Below are positions 62,014 through 64,000 of a DNA stretch of 64,000 nucleotides, piece after piece. Below the pieces are notes generated by a model. It worked only from the letters and a program-made list of their open reading frames with translations, was not told the DNA's origin and did not search any database. The position numbers and the translations under genes were made by a program. This DNA is from Nostoc sp. DedSLP01 (GTDB lineage: Bacteria; Cyanobacteriota; Cyanobacteriia; Cyanobacteriales; Nostocaceae): NCBI GenBank assembly GCA_034530875.2, contig JAVRCJ020000006.1, forward strand, positions 128,001 to 192,000. The letters run 5' to 3'. Every line of letters starts with the position of its first letter. Position 1 is the first letter of the stretch.

Positions 62014-62982
62014 TTAATCTTTAGCAGAATTGATTGGTTTTTGGCGAGAGAAAATATCCTTTTTAGGTTTAGAAAAGCTGACTCCAAGACTACGGAAATA
62101 TATTCCGCCAATGGTGAATAAAAATGTTATGTATCCGATGGCTTGGACGAGATAAAGTTTGTCGCTATAGCCAAATAAAGATTTGAGAACAATGCCGGGG
62201 AACTGTTCGTCAGGCAATATTGCGGAGGTATTTGAAACCATCGGTCCCAAAATACAGGAGTGAATTTTAGTAAAACGTTCGTAATAGAAACAAAGGCTTT
62301 GTGTGGCACGGCTGCTAAGGGCAAAGTTCGCTACAGCGTCGTCAAAATTTTTCAAGGCTGAAACTACTAACCCAGCGACAATTAATACTAATAAAACGCC
62401 CATCACTTGGAAGAACTGGCGGATGTTTATTTTAATGCCCCATTTAAATAAAAGCACGCCTATGGCGATCGCCACTATCAAACCTGCAAGTGCGCCGATA
62501 CCCTGTACTAATCCTTGTTGAAAGTTAGCGGCAATGAACAGAACTGTTTCAAAGCCCTCGCGAACAACAGCAATAAAAACTAAACTAAAAACACCCCAAC
62601 CTGCATTTGAGTTTTGTTTGAGTGCTTGCGTAACTGCTCCCTCAACTTGCCCTTTCATAAATTTGGCTTGTTGAGTCATCCAGATTAGCATCCAGCTTAA
62701 CATTGCGATCGCTAGGACGCTAAATACACCTTCTAGCAATGGCTCAACGACGGAAGTATATTGAGGATTAGCAGTCCCCACTACTTGAATTATCCAACCA
62801 AATAACACACCTATCAAGCCACTAATCGCAATTCCAACGCCGACGCCAGCATATACCCAAGAATTCAGTCGGGATTTTTTCGCTTTTTTGAGCAAAGCTA
62901 ACACAATTCCAACAACAAGCGCAGCTTCTACTCCTTCTCGGAGTGTAATCACAAAAGTAGGTAGAGCAGTACTAAAATTCAT
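62014..62982 (-). CDS. FTR1/EfeU family iron permease
   Basis: Two REGxE motifs (LREGVEA, VREGFET). Confidence 0.93.
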   Translation of the reverse strand: MNFSTALPTFVITLREGVEAALVVGIVLALLKKAKKSRLNSWVYAGVGVGIAISGLIGVLFGWIIQVVGTANPQYTSVVEPLLEGVFSVLAIAMLSWMLIWMTQQAKFMKGQVEGAVTQALKQNSNAGWGVFSLVFIAVVREGFETVLFIAANFQQGLVQGIGALAGLIVAIAIGVLLFKWGIKINIRQFFQVMGVLLVLIVAGLVVSALKNFDDAVANFALSSRATQSLCFYYERFTKIHSCILGPMVSNTSAILPDEQFPGIVLKSLFGYSDKLYLVQAIGYITFLFTIGGIYFRSLGVSFSKPKKDIFSRQKPINSAKD

Positions 62983-63049
62983 CTTTTGTCCTTTGTCATG
63001 CGTCTTTCGTCATTAGCCAGTTGCCATTTGTCAAATGTCCTTTACAAAT

Positions 63050-63082
63050 GACCGATGACTAATGACTAATGACTAATGACTA
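63050..63082. repeat. AATGACT heptamer repeats
   Basis: gatgact aatgact aatgact aatgact. Confidence 0.85.
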
Positions 63083-63517
63083 TTAACTAAAATCGCGTAA
63101 CATCTTTTTCAATTCGAGATTATGCATCTCTTCTTGTCCGATCATGCCGCGAGCAAATTCTTCTAAATAAACGCTGGCATTAGTGACAGTTTCAAGGAGA
63201 CTTTTATACAAATCTAATGCCTTTTTTTCATGGGATAAGCTTTCTGCCAAAATATCTTTGACGGTATGCTTATATGTTTCTTCCATTGGAGCAATTTTTA
63301 GGGAAGGATGCCCATCTAATCCAGTAAGAATTTCTCCCACTTGTTGAGCATGAAGCAAAGATTCGCTTGCTTGTCCTTTGAAGAAAGCCACAATGGGAAT
63401 GCGGTTAGGACCAGTCACCATCAATGAATAATGTGTATAGCGTACTACTCCTGCTAGTTCAAATTCCATAATGGCGTTCAGCAGGTCGATGGTTTTTTGT
63501 TGGTCAAGTTCTTGCAT
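63083..63517 (-). CDS. Ferritin-like / bacterioferritin-like protein
   Basis: EFELAGVVRY, ESLLHA, EKKA..Y, EEMH di-iron ligand pattern. Confidence 0.88.
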   Translation of the reverse strand: MQELDQQKTIDLLNAIMEFELAGVVRYTHYSLMVTGPNRIPIVAFFKGQASESLLHAQQVGEILTGLDGHPSLKIAPMEETYKHTVKDILAESLSHEKKALDLYKSLLETVTNASVYLEEFARGMIGQEEMHNLELKKMLRDFS

Positions 63518-63698
63518 CAGTTGTTAGTTGAAGTGACGAATATAGTGCAATTAGTTAAAAGTTATGAGTTTGGAGTGAGAAGTTAAAAGTTGATAATTTC
63601 TAAATTATTAACTTTTAACTGGTAACTTTTTACTCTTAACTCTTAACTGTTTTCTCATTTTAAACTCCTTACCATATACTTCACATTAAATCAAAATG

Positions 63699-64000
63699 TT
63701 ATCGTTGTACTGAGGAAGTAGATTTATCTATCACTTTTTGAGAGTTTTCCTCAATACTTTTCACCAGTTTGGTAACATCTTCTGGAGTTTTTACTGGTTT
63801 AGCTGGTGGAATAGCATCGGGCCAAACTTTTATCAGTTCGGCAAAACTAGCATTGATTACTTTACCTGCTTCGGAATCTTGTTGACTTACTTGGCTAGAA
63901 ATTCCTTTATATAATTCGTTGGCGTAAACAACAAATCCCCGAGAGTCTTGATACTCAATTGCTGCGGATATTTTACCATCTGCGATCGCTGCACCATATT
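63699..64000 (-). CDS. 3' end of a conserved protein upstream of ferritin/FTR1 (partial, runs off window)
   Basis: Manual translation YGAAIADGKISAAIEYQDSRGFVVYA...WPDAIPPAKPVKTPEDV...VQR*. Confidence 0.75.
   Translation of the reverse strand, partial: YGAAIADGKISAAIEYQDSRGFVVYANELYKGISSQVSQQDSEAGKVINASFAELIKVWPDAIPPAKPVKTPEDVTKLVKSIEENSQKVIDKSTSSVQR

Overview
Chromosomal window from a filamentous, heterocyst-forming cyanobacterium (Nostocales). This is inferred from abundant HIP1 octamers (GCGATCGC), heptamer STRR arrays in most intergenic gaps, and devH, pacR/rbcR, trxC and ndhF1/ndhD1. The backbone is housekeeping: acpP, lpxD, acs, ndk, speA, cugP, scpA, clpB, ndhD/ndhF, polA, a MarR-EmrAB efflux operon and an iron uptake/storage cluster. 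Several small accessory patches interrupt it. The most interesting is an AT-rich three-gene unit at 14.6-17.5 kb: an aGPT-Pplase1/amino acid:DNA transferase-like HhH protein, a MazG-like protein, and a dCTP-deaminase/dUTPase-fold protein that appears to lack its catalytic residues and carries a C-terminal membrane helix. It is a candidate modified-nucleotide sensing or defence system. Other items of note: a chimeric DUF6887/RelB-RelE toxin-antitoxin locus, a HIP1-bounded patchwork of TA modules and gene fragments splitting ndhF1 from ndhD1, a palindromic repeat inserted in frame into a DALR-domain gene, a Ser/Thr kinase with two membrane-anchored binding proteins, and a Yfr2-like sRNA. No rRNA, tRNA, CRISPR array or intact transposase was seen. 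All family calls come from motif recognition by eye; no searches were run.
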